A stretch of DNA of 64,000 nt from Nitrosopumilus sp. (GCA_965205425.1 CBDBGZ010000008.1:32001-96000), one strand, 5' to 3'; shown: positions 33,462 through 45,361, numbered from the stretch's first letter. Notes: generated from the sequence alone by a model not told the origin. Made by a program: numbers and translations.

Positions 33462-34400
33462 ATGACTAATATTAAAGAAAAAATGACTTTAAAGATAACA
33501 AAGACTATTTTGTTTGCAGGAATAGTTGGTATGATGATTCTGCCGTTTAGTATGATAGATTTTGCAGAGGCAGAAACAAATAGTGATGGTATTGGAGAAT
33601 TAACCGCATATGAAGAATGGGTTATTTCTACACTTCCGGTATATTATACAGATGCACAAGTAGTAGAAAGTACTGAGAAGTTAAGATCCTTTATTGATAC
33701 ACTTGATGGTTATGAGTTATTCATTCTAAAACAAGTGATAGATATTGCAGAATCTGAAAAACAAATAGATAATGCAAAGGAACAAGATGAATCAGAAGAA
33801 ACAATCAAAGGTCTTGAAAAAGAAAAAAATGCTCTATACTTTAAACTAGAAGAATATGGTGTAACCACAAAGGATAGATTTGATGCAAATCCAGAATATT
33901 GGAAATCAAAAACCATTGAATCAAAAAAAGAATACGAGTCTCCAAAAATAAAGTCTGTCAGTATGAATAATGGTAATCCAAACATATCATATGTTCATCA
34001 AACAGATCTTGCTTTGAAGAGAACCTCGTTGTTAACCGTGCCAATCTTTGGTCATGGTCATGCAACAATTCCATTCACTGTAGTGGAATATGGTTGGAAT
34101 AATGGAAAAACAACAGCATCGTGGGGATTCATTACCAATCCAACAGGTGGAACTGTTACAATGGAATCATCAGTATGTCTAGATCAACCAACACATCATA
34201 GTAGTGTTGATTTTGATATGAGATCCAAAGGAAATACAAAAAATGTTTTAGGTCAAGTTCAGTATAATTATGATAGAACATTTAATGATATCAATCATTC
34301 TGATGTAGATACCTGTAAAACATACATAAAATCATATTCAGTTCCTAGTACTCACAGTGCAAAATTCTATACAAAGATAAGTAGAATATCACTTGACTAA
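33462..34400 (+). CDS. secreted pre-pro-protein (family B effector candidate)
   Basis: Signal KTILFAGIVGMMILPFSMIDFAEA; LEEYGV...NPEYW; C-terminal domain homologous to 13588-14505. Confidence 0.75.
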   Translation: MTNIKEKMTLKITKTILFAGIVGMMILPFSMIDFAEAETNSDGIGELTAYEEWVISTLPVYYTDAQVVESTEKLRSFIDTLDGYELFILKQVIDIAESEKQIDNAKEQDESEETIKGLEKEKNALYFKLEEYGVTTKDRFDANPEYWKSKTIESKKEYESPKIKSVSMNNGNPNISYVHQTDLALKRTSLLTVPIFGHGHATIPFTVVEYGWNNGKTTASWGFITNPTGGTVTMESSVCLDQPTHHSSVDFDMRSKGNTKNVLGQVQYNYDRTFNDINHSDVDTCKTYIKSYSVPSTHSAKFYTKISRISLD

Positions 34401-34417
34401 CACCAATTCCTTTTTTT

Positions 34418-34648
34418 ATGCCTTCTAAACTGAAATTATTATCTTACATATTGATTGTTTATGGTGTTATTTCATCGGCATTGACGATAATATATCCACC
34501 ACCTATAGAGATAATTGAAGGTGATAAATTGAATTTATTTGGAAATATTATATCTTTAACATACACTTTGTTTTTTACATTGGGATTTTTGATAATTGGA
34601 ATAGCATTATTCATAAAGCACAAAAGCCAAAAAACCATTAAAAACTAA
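34418..34648 (+). CDS. small 2-TM membrane protein (partner/immunity candidate)
   Basis: 76 aa with two hydrophobic helices; ATG comes immediately after a T7 tract. Confidence 0.65.
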   Translation: MPSKLKLLSYILIVYGVISSALTIIYPPPIEIIEGDKLNLFGNIISLTYTLFFTLGFLIIGIALFIKHKSQKTIKN

Positions 34649-34652
34649 GGTA

Positions 34653-35797
34653 TAGTTTAGGCATATAAATTTTGAATAAACTGTCAAGTATTTTAACCCA
34701 AAAGATCTAGATCGTAGAATCAATTCATGAAACCATGTCAAAGAGTACAAGACAATCCAAGGTTTCCTCTGGGAATCAATTCATGAAAGGTACAAGCATT
34801 AATTTTTTGAGAAAAGCATGTAAAAATGAACGTAATGCAAAAGCAAAGATGAGACTAAAGGCTGCAATTCTACGCAAACAAGACATGAGATATTCTCAAA
34901 TATGCATCAGTCTTGATATCATACCATCAACTCTTAGTAATTGGTTAAACCAAATGAACCGAGAGGGAATATCTGCATCACGCCGCAAGAAATATTCTGG
35001 CTCTAGATGTTTCTTAGATAAAAAACAACTAGTATCATTAAGAAATGATCTAATTTCAGGTCCAGAAAAGTTTGGATTTAATCAATTCATGTGGAGTACA
35101 AGAATGGTAATTACACATGTGAATAAAAAATACAACACACTATACTCTGCAAGAGGAATGCGTGAATTGCTGCACCGTATCGGATTCTCATCTAAAAACC
35201 AAGACAGACTCATCACAAATCAGCCTCAAAAGAGGAACAAACCCGTTTTAAAAAAACGCAAAAAGGAGTATCAAAAAATATTCCAAATTGGGATACACCA
35301 CATTATGTCTGGATGAGTCAACAAACAAGATAGCTCCAAATATCAAAAAAGGCTGGTATCTAAAAGGAAAAAATACACAAACCAAAATCAACTATACTCG
35401 AGAAAAGTTTCAATCATTTGGTGCATTGGGGGATGACGGCGTATTTTTTTGCAGATTCTATGATAAATCAAACACAGACTCATTTCTTGATTTTTTAGAG
35501 TCACTACAAAAACAATTTGGTAAGAAACTGTTATTATTTGCAGATAATGCATCATACCACAAAAGTCTCAGAGTAAAAGAATTTCTCAAAGCACCAAAAA
35601 ATAAAGTAATAATTAGATATTTTCCTGCATACACTCCAGAACTCAATCCAATTGAGGTACAGTGGAGAGAGGAGAAAAATGGTAATGCCAATACATTCTT
35701 TGCAAATGGAACTGAGATGAGAAAACACATGCAGAAGAGACTAGATAATGGAGACGTTCGAGTTGTGAAATTATTCAAATATTTAATGCCTTAACTA
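34653..35797 (+). mobile_element. IS630-family element (two-ORF type), with an extra frameshift
   Basis: TIRs TAGTT(T/A)AGGCAT, TA duplication, motifs LDES / ADNASYH / PELNPIE. One A is missing near 35195 relative to the copy at 43130. Confidence 0.9.
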
Positions 35798-36010
35798 TAG
35801 AAAGCGATGAACACAAAGCAATAATGCAAACAGTGGCAGATATTTCTTCAAATATAATTACAGATTATTCTGTAATTGACAGATGTCCCAAAAAAATCAA
35901 TGATGAAATAAGAAGTCAGGTTGGAAATGGCAACTTAATAATTTATGCAGTGTTAAATGATTATGTTTTAGTTTTCATAGGTTGGAGAAAATTTTAAGTG
36001 AATAAATTAT

Positions 36011-36214
36011 TTGAAATTAAATTCAATGAAAGAAGAGGTTTTGTCTGCAATTACGCAAGAGGTAACTATTTTGACAAATGATAAGGGGGTTTGTTATGTT
36101 GAAACTACAGATACTATTCCTAAAACAATTGAGGATTGTACGTTGAATTCTGGCGATGTGACTATGATCAAATTTGGCAAAGGCCTTGCATGGGCTACAA
36201 TTGTTGAACCATAA
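36011..36214 (+). CDS. small hypothetical protein
   Basis: 67-aa ORF with beta-rich composition, co-oriented with HIT. Confidence 0.55.
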   Translation: MKLNSMKEEVLSAITQEVTILTNDKGVCYVETTDTIPKTIEDCTLNSGDVTMIKFGKGLAWATIVEP

Positions 36215-36220
36215 TAGATG

Positions 36221-36330
36221 ATTTAATATTTAAAATCATTTAATATTTAAAATCATTTAATATTTAAAATCATTTAATATTTAAAATCATTTAATATTTA
36301 AAATCATTTAATATTTAAAATCATTTAATA
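36221..36330. repeat. tandem repeat, 6.5 x ATTTAATATTTAAAATC (17 bp)
   Basis: Perfect head-to-tail units ending 6 bp before the HIT start codon. Confidence 0.95.
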
Positions 36331-36336
36331 CTTTTC

Positions 36337-36744
36337 ATGGATTGTATTTTTTGTAAAATTATATCTGGTGAAATAAAATCTAAATTTTTAAAAGAAACGT
36401 CATCATCTGTTTCTTTTCTTGATGCTTTTCCCCTTGCAACCGGCCATGTTCTCGTAATCCCAAAAAATCATCATCAAAAAATTCAGGATATGAGTAATGA
36501 AGAAAACACTGACCTCTTTTCATTAGTACATCAAATGGTGTCAAATGTTGATAAAATTACAGGCTCAACTTTAGTTGCAATTCATAATGGTAAAGATGCA
36601 GGTCAGGAAATCCCACATGTTCACGTGCATTTAGTTCCAAGAAGTAAAGATGATTCTGCTGGAGCAATTCACAGCATGTTTAATTCATCTGTAAACTTGT
36701 CTGAATCTGAAATGGATGAACTTTATAATAAATTAAAAATCTAG
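36337..36744 (+). CDS. HIT (histidine triad) family protein
   Basis: CIFC, GHVLVIPK, AGQEIPHVHVHLVPR. Confidence 0.95.
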   Translation: MDCIFCKIISGEIKSKFLKETSSSVSFLDAFPLATGHVLVIPKNHHQKIQDMSNEENTDLFSLVHQMVSNVDKITGSTLVAIHNGKDAGQEIPHVHVHLVPRSKDDSAGAIHSMFNSSVNLSESEMDELYNKLKI

Positions 36745-36777
36745 TACGGAAATAACCTTTCTTTAGTATCTGTATTC

Positions 36778-37992
36778 TCAACTCTGATTGCTTTTCATCT
36801 GTCCGCGAACATTTCTCTGCATGATACACTTTCGAATCGAATTCTCAGTGTCATTGTTAGTTGAGGGAACATCGCAATACATTACAAATGTGAATAAACT
36901 ATTTCTTGCAGTTTTTAGTTTCTTGCCAAACTGAATCATTTCTGTATCGCCTGTCATGTATTGCTGTATGATACAATCAACTTGTTTTAGTAAATCCCTT
37001 GCATGTCTTGTACGTTGCTTCTCTGAATGTTCTTTTTTGCTCCAAATTCTTGCACGATGTAGTACGTCTGAGAATTTACCATAAAGAACTCTAGCCTGTC
37101 TGTCTTTTGATTTTCTTGCCAAATATTTGGCGTCTCGCTGCAGATGTGCAGTACATCTCTGTTTTACATTATCACAAAATACCGTTCTGTATGGCACATA
37201 TCCATCAGATATTAAAATCCCTGAGAATTTCTTCCAACATTTTTTTAGGATTTTAGCACCTCTACTGTACTCTAAAGTGTAATGAGCTTCTGTTTTGCTT
37301 CTTGCAACCCACATCCATCCCATCTTTCCTTCAATTGGGAATGTCGTCTCATCTAATCCTAGGATCTTTTCAGTCACAATTTCACTGCTAATGTCATGGT
37401 ACAATGGTTCTAACATAATACTGCCAGTGCGAAGAATAGATTGTACTGTAGTGCAACTAATTTTTAATCCATATCTTTCTTCCAGTGTTGTTCTTATGGT
37501 ATCGTATGGCATTCTCTTTGAGAATAATGAGACTATCTCTCGTATTGCAGAGGAATCAAAGCATCCACATGGTGGAAGATTTCCATCTGTCTTGAAACTA
37601 TCAGAGCAGTTCTTGCAATTATACTGATACAAGACATGCTCAGTTGCAATGTATTGAGTTGGTGGAGGGATTTCAACCATTATTCTTTTGGCAGTCTTGA
37701 TTTGAAGGATATCTTCACTTCCACATTTGGGACATTCTAAACATTTGTGATGTATGGTACTAGTTGGGGTGAATTTCTGTGTTGTGCCCTTGTGACCTGG
37801 TATGCCACCACGTTTTGATTTGCCAGAATCAGAATCTCTGTTTTTCTTTGCATCTTGTTTCTGTTTTCTCCATTCAAGTGAATTTTTTGATGGTGGTGAG
37901 TGTGGATTTTCATAGTATGATAATTTTTGCGTGAGTTGTTTTACTTTTTCTTGTAATTGTAAGATGATTTTCTCATGACCACACTCTGACAT
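36778..37992 (-). mobile_element. IS66-family (single-ORF, ISBst12-like) transposase, probably 3'-truncated
   Basis: Coiled coil, HSPPS, GGIPGHKG, CPKC, LDETT, SDGY, QRCTAHLQR and TNN..E. Confidence 0.85.
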
Positions 37993-38689
37993 GTGTTGTA
38001 GAATAATTTAGTTGATCTTAGATCTTTTTGTGTAATTAGATTGGTTTATACGTGAACCTTGATTCATACAATTTTACTTCTTTATCTTTAGATTCAAACT
38101 CCTCTAAAGGAAATAATGACAAAATCTTGATTATTCTCTGTTTAAGTTTAGTAGGATCAGCCAAGTAAAAATATAAAACATGTCAATACCATAAAAGATT
38201 ATGCCTACTCATCCAAAAAAAGTCACTTTGGGTAATCTTGTAATCGAACAGGATGAAGATGCAGTTCGTATAAGAGAATTATTCAGATCACAGTGATCAT
38301 TAATTATAAAAAAATGAGAAAATTTCTCTAAGCGTTACTAAATTGAAGAATAATTTAGATTTAAAACATATTGTCAAACCATTCAATTTTTGATCTATTT
38401 TACTTACAATACGTATTACGAAAATTTCTGGCTCTACGATAGGTTTTATGTGTAAAATGATTTCAAGATAAGAGTCTTGGGTGTATTTCATATTTTTGAA
38501 TCTCAAATTATCCCCAAGAAAGGTTCAAGCCTCTAAAGATTCTAGCCTATGTTATCTAAAATAACATCCATTATCTAATATATTTTAGTCTGAATTCTAA
38601 ATTATGAGTATATCTTTTCCGGAAAAGATAGTATCCATGAAATGATAGTACAGTGTAAATAGAGTTAATTTGTAGTAGCATAGATAACT

Positions 38690-41164
38690 ATGAATGATAA
38701 AACAAAGGCTGCAATGTTTTCACTTTTAATATTTTCAATAATTGTTACTGTGACTACTGAAAATGATATGATATCTTTCGCTCAGAGTGTCAATGATGAT
38801 TATCCCATATCAAATGGCACTTTGTCTGGATTTATTTCTGATGATGGTACGGTAGGTCCTGTAGGAATTGTAAATGAATTGTACAAGGCACATTCAGATG
38901 TAACTGGCATAATGATTGACAACTCAGAAACAATAGCTCATGTAGGCTATGTCAATGAAGAGGTTTACCTTGAAGCAACATGGGTTGATGAGGAAAACCA
39001 AAAACTTGTACTGTTACTTGATCCCGTACAAATGCTTGACCCATTAGATATCCATGACATACAAGAAGAGTTGGGAATTATGATACCACTTGACATCAAG
39101 TACGGTTACTTTATTCCCGAAGCAAGTTCATCACAAGCCACGTCATGTCCTGCTGGTTCTGGTTCATCAACTTGCTACTACTGGGGACGATATGTTGATA
39201 GATGCCTGCCAACTCATACGACTTCTAGATGTGGCACATATGCAACAGCAATTACTGGTGCAGGATATGCCTTACCAACATTACTGTCATCAGGAACCAC
39301 ACCCATAGTCCCAACTAGTACATCTACAACACCGGCAACTTCCTCATCTACAAGCATAATTTTTCAAGATGATTTTGCAAACGGAATTTCAAAATGGACA
39401 GAATCAGGACAACGTGAATGGCAGTGGGGAACTCTTGATGACTCTGCAGCAATACCCGGTGAGACAGGCTCTAACAAAATAGCAGAAGCTGATGATTGTG
39501 ATGACCAATCCTGCATTCTAACATTACGCAACTCAGTTGATCTGTCCGGATATTCTGCTGCAACACTAGAGTTTCACCGATATGTGGATAGAGGTCTTGA
39601 TAGTGGTGAATACCTCAAAGTCGAGGTTGGAAATGACAATATATGGACTGAGATATTCAAGTGGACTGATGGTACAGGTGATGATGGTACTTGGCACAAA
39701 GAGTCATACAATTTGTCAAACTATCTAAATAATGGATTCAAAGTTAGATTTGTAACCGAACAGAGTTCAAGTCGTGAGGATGTAGGAGTTGATAATGTAA
39801 AAATTACCGGTACACCAAACACACAATCTCAATGCACGCTTGATATTGTGTCATCTTTACAAAGTGATGGTACAATTGATTCTGCATGGAATAGTTGTAG
39901 TGACATAAAACGATACAAGGTGTATTATTCAGAGAATGGTAATGGTAACAGATACCTTGAAAGTACAACTGGAACCACCCACACATTTTCCAATCCTGGT
40001 GAGGGGAACAACTATACCATTAAAGTAAAGGCACAATACTCTTCTAACAACAGGTATACGCAATACTTTGAGAGCAACAGGGTAATTGTACCTGTAACGG
40101 ATATTGCCAAACCAACAATTACCATTCCAAATAATTTTAGCGTTACTTTGAATGAAGGTACCACGTCTACCATTCTAAGATATGCAGTATCAGCTTATGA
40201 TGTAGTGGATGGTACGATTCCTACAAGTTGCACTCCTGCAAGTGGGAGTACTGTAACTGTTGGAGCAACTGGAATAACTTGTACTGCTGTAGATAGCTCG
40301 GGAAATGGTGCGGTTGCAACCTTTACTGTAACAGTCAATGAGTATGTGGCACCTGTCAATCCACAAACATCAACTGTTAAGGAGTTTTATGGCGGACAGC
40401 AGATTATCATGTCACAAAATACAACCGCAGCTCAATCTGGTCATATAGAACCACAACTGGATAGTGGTACTATAACCATTGGTGTAACGAAGACTAACGG
40501 TCAGATTGGTTTTGTTACTGCTGGTCATGTTGTAGAATTTGAAACTACAAACAATATCATACCACATGGATTTTATTTATCAGGGAATATTACATATGAT
40601 GTTGATGGAGAAAATATAGTTACAAAAAATACTCTTAATACTAATGCAACATTACTTAATACAATAAATCCAACTATCTTCAGAAATGAAACTGCTGGAG
40701 ATGTGGCATTTGTTCCAATTACCGAATCAAATGTTGTAATATCACAAACTGAAATAGCAAAACATAGTGGTACTTTGATAAATGTAATATGTGGTTCAGC
40801 AGATTCGATACCTCTTGGTAATAGTATAGAGATCTACGGTATACACAACAATGCAATTGGTACATTAAGATACAATAATGTAACCGCAACTATTGGTGAT
40901 GGTGTAACACTTGCTAATATGGCAATAGGTCATTATGACAGTAAAGGTGGAGACAGTGGCGCTCCAATAATAGTTACAGATCGTGGTATCAATAAATTAA
41001 TTGGCATTCATCAAGGAAAAGTATGTACATTCTATGATACGGATACTAGTTTACTCTTACAAGATGTACATAATTCGGTACAATTCTGTCCAAATGGTAA
41101 CAGTCTATATTACAAACTCTTTACTCCTTGGGAGAATGCAAAATCAACTCTTAATCTAAGATGA
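38690..41164 (+). CDS. secreted multidomain S1 serine protease (pro-domain, jelly-roll/MAM-like, FN3, HYR, C-terminal protease)
   Basis: Signal peptide, VGPVGIV motif, HYR-like SAYDVVDG...CTAVDSSGN, and triad TAGH / GDVAF / GGDSGAP. Confidence 0.82.
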   Translation: MNDKTKAAMFSLLIFSIIVTVTTENDMISFAQSVNDDYPISNGTLSGFISDDGTVGPVGIVNELYKAHSDVTGIMIDNSETIAHVGYVNEEVYLEATWVDEENQKLVLLLDPVQMLDPLDIHDIQEELGIMIPLDIKYGYFIPEASSSQATSCPAGSGSSTCYYWGRYVDRCLPTHTTSRCGTYATAITGAGYALPTLLSSGTTPIVPTSTSTTPATSSSTSIIFQDDFANGISKWTESGQREWQWGTLDDSAAIPGETGSNKIAEADDCDDQSCILTLRNSVDLSGYSAATLEFHRYVDRGLDSGEYLKVEVGNDNIWTEIFKWTDGTGDDGTWHKESYNLSNYLNNGFKVRFVTEQSSSREDVGVDNVKITGTPNTQSQCTLDIVSSLQSDGTIDSAWNSCSDIKRYKVYYSENGNGNRYLESTTGTTHTFSNPGEGNNYTIKVKAQYSSNNRYTQYFESNRVIVPVTDIAKPTITIPNNFSVTLNEGTTSTILRYAVSAYDVVDGTIPTSCTPASGSTVTVGATGITCTAVDSSGNGAVATFTVTVNEYVAPVNPQTSTVKEFYGGQQIIMSQNTTAAQSGHIEPQLDSGTITIGVTKTNGQIGFVTAGHVVEFETTNNIIPHGFYLSGNITYDVDGENIVTKNTLNTNATLLNTINPTIFRNETAGDVAFVPITESNVVISQTEIAKHSGTLINVICGSADSIPLGNSIEIYGIHNNAIGTLRYNNVTATIGDGVTLANMAIGHYDSKGGDSGAPIIVTDRGINKLIGIHQGKVCTFYDTDTSLLLQDVHNSVQFCPNGNSLYYKLFTPWENAKSTLNLR

Positions 41165-41201
41165 TAACCTTGAATCCAGATTACAAATAATGTGAACTTG
41201 T

Positions 41202-41945
41202 ATGAGAAAATTATTTCTTTTTTTCTTTTTTTCAATAATTATAATGCCAATCACGAGTGTTGATGCATATCGTGGAATCCCTAACAACTGTGTTATCATG
41301 ATAAAAGCTTCAGATGATTCCTTGGTATGTATATCTGAGAGATCAACTGATAAAATAATACAAAGAAATTATGCATATTTTGGTGAATGGAAATCTAGTT
41401 GTGATGATAATGCAGAAATTAATGCTAAAATTTGTTACCTTTTACTACCAGAAACTGGTGGTGTATGTATAGCAAATGATTTGTTTCGGGGATGTATTAT
41501 AACATTTGATATCCCAACAAATCATAGAGATTGTAAAATGCTATTCAAGCTAATTGTTGATTATAATATGACTGATCGTACTTTAGAAAAAGAACATTTA
41601 TTTTACAATTATTTTCCTTTCTCGCATAAATTTTGTAATGTAGTTGATGAAATTAAAAAACCATACAATACACATCATGTCTCTGTAAATGATGATGGTG
41701 CAAAGTATTTGTTCATACATGATATAAGATTTATAATGTTAGATGGGTTACCAAACAAAGTATCTATTTATTATTCTTCCACTGTTAATGATCGTGCTAT
41801 TTGGTATGATTTTATTTTTTATTCAGATGATATGAGATATGAGGGTAGGATGGAACATGAATTTTTTGGAATAGGGGAAATTTTTATACTAAATAAATGT
41901 TTTGCGTCACATGAAAAACTTACAAAATGCCCTATCCATTCCTGA
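41202..41945 (+). CDS. secreted Cys-rich partner protein
   Basis: Signal peptide; N-terminal C.......LVCISERSTDKII resembles 32649; directly downstream of the protease. Confidence 0.65.
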   Translation: MRKLFLFFFFSIIIMPITSVDAYRGIPNNCVIMIKASDDSLVCISERSTDKIIQRNYAYFGEWKSSCDDNAEINAKICYLLLPETGGVCIANDLFRGCIITFDIPTNHRDCKMLFKLIVDYNMTDRTLEKEHLFYNYFPFSHKFCNVVDEIKKPYNTHHVSVNDDGAKYLFIHDIRFIMLDGLPNKVSIYYSSTVNDRAIWYDFIFYSDDMRYEGRMEHEFFGIGEIFILNKCFASHEKLTKCPIHS

Positions 41946-41958
41946 ACTTGATCGTGAT

Positions 41959-43129
41959 CAGTAGATGGGAAAGTAACTCAAATTACACATTCTAGAAAAT
42001 AATTATTTTTGTTATTTCTAAAGTAATGAATAATTATCTTTACAAAGAAATATTTGAGAATTTCAATTGATATTATTGGTTTGTGATTTTGTACATTAGT
42101 TTCTTCTGAGATAATCAAATTAGCAATTATCCATGCATTGTACAAAATCAATGAATAGTAAAAATACAACAATCTTATGGATTGGTTTGAACTGGTGGTT
42201 TTTGGTCTGAACCTTCCCACACATGCATAGCCTGTTTCAATCCCCCAACGTTTCTTGTAATCAGTTGGAATGTTTTGTATGTTATATGATATTTCTTTTG
42301 GTGAAACGTTTGTTGCAAACACAACATACTGATCAATAATATCTGATTTTTTTCTTGCATTTTTGTTTGGTAGAATAACTAGATTAAATGATTCTACATG
42401 TCCTGATGATGATTTTATTGTGTATGGCGAGATTGACTTTCTATCTCCATTAACGTATTGTACAATTGCATCTTTGATTCGAGAATTCTTTTTTGCAGGC
42501 ATTAGAAATTTTAAATTCCTTTGTTTTATTTCTGAAATTGTTCCAGCTGTGAAAAACTCCCTATCCACTAGCAATAGTTTAATCTTGATTCCATTATTGA
42601 TGCCATCAGAGAGTAATTTACGCACAAAATCGGCATTTGATTTGTTGTCATACAAAGGATAACAACCTAATTGAGCCCTGATTCTTTTTTCAACGCACTG
42701 CATGGTGCAGTAACTCTCAAAATGAGTAGTACTGTTTTTAGATTTTGATTTTATTAAAGAATGGTTTGGCAATTTGTCATATCTTGGGATTAGATGTTTG
42801 TCAATTGCTACAGTAACTGGTTGTTCCAATACTCCCAATTCTTGTAATTTTGATATGGTACTATCCAGTGAACGATGTAATTGAATTTGCATTGTTTTTT
42901 GTGATATTTTTGATATGATTTTTCTCAACCATGAAACCAGTTGGAGAAGCATTATCTGATTCCATTGCCAGTCTCTTTAATCCAGATTCAGAATATGAAT
43001 TTCCCAAACACAATGACATGATAGAATTATGTGCATCTGCATTGTGGAACCGTGAGTTATTTTTACTAGAGCATGGAAACAATAAGATATTGTACATTAT
43101 TTTAGTGATAATCTCAAATGCTTTAGATA
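41959..43129 (-). mobile_element. ISH3-like element, frameshifted and 5'-truncated by IS630
   Basis: TIR at 41959, +1 T at ...GGTTTCATGG; the sequence stops at TA 43128-43129. Confidence 0.9.
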
Positions 43130-44275
43130 TAGTTAAGGCATTAAATATTTGAATAATTTCACAACTCGAACGTCTCCATTATCTAGTCTCTTCTGCATGT
43201 GTTTTCTCATCTTAGTTCCATTTGCAAAGAATGTATTGGCATTACCATTTTTCTCTTCTCTCCACTGTACCTCAATTGGATTGAGTTCTGGGGTGTATGC
43301 AGGAAAATATCTAATTATTACTTTTCTTTTTGATGCTTTGAGAAATTCTTTTACTCTGAGACTTTTGTGGTATGATGCATTATCTGCAAATAATAACAAT
43401 TTCTTACCAAATTGTTTTTGCAGTGATTCTAAAAAATCAAGAAATGCGTCTGTGTTTGATTTATCATAGAATCTGCAAAAAAATACGCCGTCATCCCCCA
43501 ATGCACCAAATGATTGAAACTTTTCTCGAGTATAGTTGATTTTGGTTTGTGTATTTTTTCCTTTTAGATACCAGCCTTTTTTGATATTTGGAGCTATCTT
43601 GTTTGTTGACTCATCCAGACATAGTGTGGTGTATCCCAATTTGGAATATTTTTTGATACTCCTTTTTGCGTTTTTTTAAAACGGGTTTGTTCCTCTTTTG
43701 AGGCTGATTTGTGATGTGTGGGACGTGGTTTTTTTGATGAGAATCCAATTCTGTGCAGCAATTCACGCATTCCTCTTGCAGAGTATAGGGTGTTGTATTT
43801 TTTATTCACATGTGTAATTACCATTCTTGTACTCCACATGAATTGGTTAAATCCAAACTTTTCTGGACCTGAAATTAGATCATTTCTTAATGATACTAGC
43901 TGTTTTTCATTTAGAAAACATCTAGAACCAGAATATTTCTTGCGGTGTGATGCAGATATTCCCTCTTCATCCATTCGATTTAGCCAGTAGGACAGAGTTG
44001 ATGGTATGACATCCAGACTTGCACATATCACAGAATACGGAATATTTTGTTTTCTTAGTATTGCAGCCTTTAATCTTATCTTTGCTTTTGCATTTTTTTC
44101 ATTCTTGCATACTTTTCTTAAAAAATTAATGCTTGTACCTTTCATGAATTGATTTCCAGAGGAAACCTTGGATTGTCTTGTACTCTTTGACATGGTTTCA
44201 TGAATTGATTCTACGATCTAGATCTTTTGGGTTAAAATACTTGACAGTTTATTCAAAATTTATATGCCTAAACTA
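43130..44275 (-). mobile_element. IS630-family element (ORFs 43594-44193 and 43133-43639, probable -1 frameshift at an A7 run)
   Basis: Same family as 34653-35797; slippery TTTTAAAAAAAC. Confidence 0.9.
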
Positions 44276-44606
44276 TTGTGGTTTTTTATACAACTATCAC
44301 AAAATTCTGAACCACATTGATCGCAGGAAATTAACTGTTCTGATCGATATCCAGTAAAGCAATTATCGCAACTAGTACCATTCATGCTTAATTTTGAAGA
44401 ATCTACTCTAAAAAGGATTCCAGAGTTTAACAGGGATATTCTGAAAGATCTACTTTTACATTAATTTGCTCATCTAAAATCTGAAGATGATACAAAATGG
44501 AATTATTTTGTGCAGACCCTGTTTGTTTTTTCATAATAAAGTATGATGTTCATTTTTTATATAAAAGACTAACGTACAAATCATACTAAACCAAGGGCTA
44601 ATTGGC

Positions 44607-45359
44607 CTAAGGAAATGAATTTAAAACTTGGGCATAACTTGCAAATCTATGATTTTTTGGTTTCACTAATTTTTGACGATATTTTTTCACAGGTTTTCCA
44701 CTAGCACCATTGAGACCCAAAGGACCTTTTACATATTTTTCATTATTTGCCCAATTAAGAACTTCATCAGAGGGAGCATAGTGGTTTACAATCTTTGAAT
44801 TTACAACAGACTGTAAAATTTTTCCATATTTTTTCGACGATGGAACATCTTCAGTTATAGATGCTCCAAAAAAATATACACCTTCTACAACACCTACATT
44901 TTTTTTCTTTTTTGCAAGATACTCCAACGTACTCAAAATTACTTGAGACCCTAAAGAATGACCCATCAATCGGATCTTTGTTGTGGGACTAGTTTGTTTG
45001 AAATCTTCAATAAATTTACCAAGATTATGACCATTTTTCTTTGCAATTTTTTGACCTACTGCAAGAGCATGTTTTGCATGCTTAATCAAATGAGCTCCAG
45101 TGGTATTAGAATCATAACTGTATCCAATTACAGGATAAATGTAACCTAGTTTTCGTACTTGTTTTTTTGCTAAAACAACTTTGGCAATTGCTCCTGCATT
45201 ATCATTTCGCAATCCATGAATCATAATAACAAGTTCTTTTGAATCAACAAGTTTTTTAAAATCAATTTTTGGATAGGTGTAATAAGAATTCTTTTTCAAT
45301 GTATTTCCATTTGAAAGATCATAATAGCCCCTAGTTGAAATTCTGGGTATTGATTTCAT
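44607..45359 (-). CDS. alpha/beta hydrolase (DUF900/DUF726-like)
   Basis: IHG and GHSLG nucleophile elbow. Confidence 0.75.
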   Translation of the reverse strand: MKSIPRISTRGYYDLSNGNTLKKNSYYTYPKIDFKKLVDSKELVIMIHGLRNDNAGAIAKVVLAKKQVRKLGYIYPVIGYSYDSNTTGAHLIKHAKHALAVGQKIAKKNGHNLGKFIEDFKQTSPTTKIRLMGHSLGSQVILSTLEYLAKKKKNVGVVEGVYFFGASITEDVPSSKKYGKILQSVVNSKIVNHYAPSDEVLNWANNEKYVKGPLGLNGASGKPVKKYRQKLVKPKNHRFASYAQVLNSFP

Positions 45360-45361
45360 AA

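Noticed and set aside
36221..36330. Possible CRISPR array
   Set aside because: The units are head-to-tail with no spacers, and there are no cas genes; it is a simple tandem repeat.
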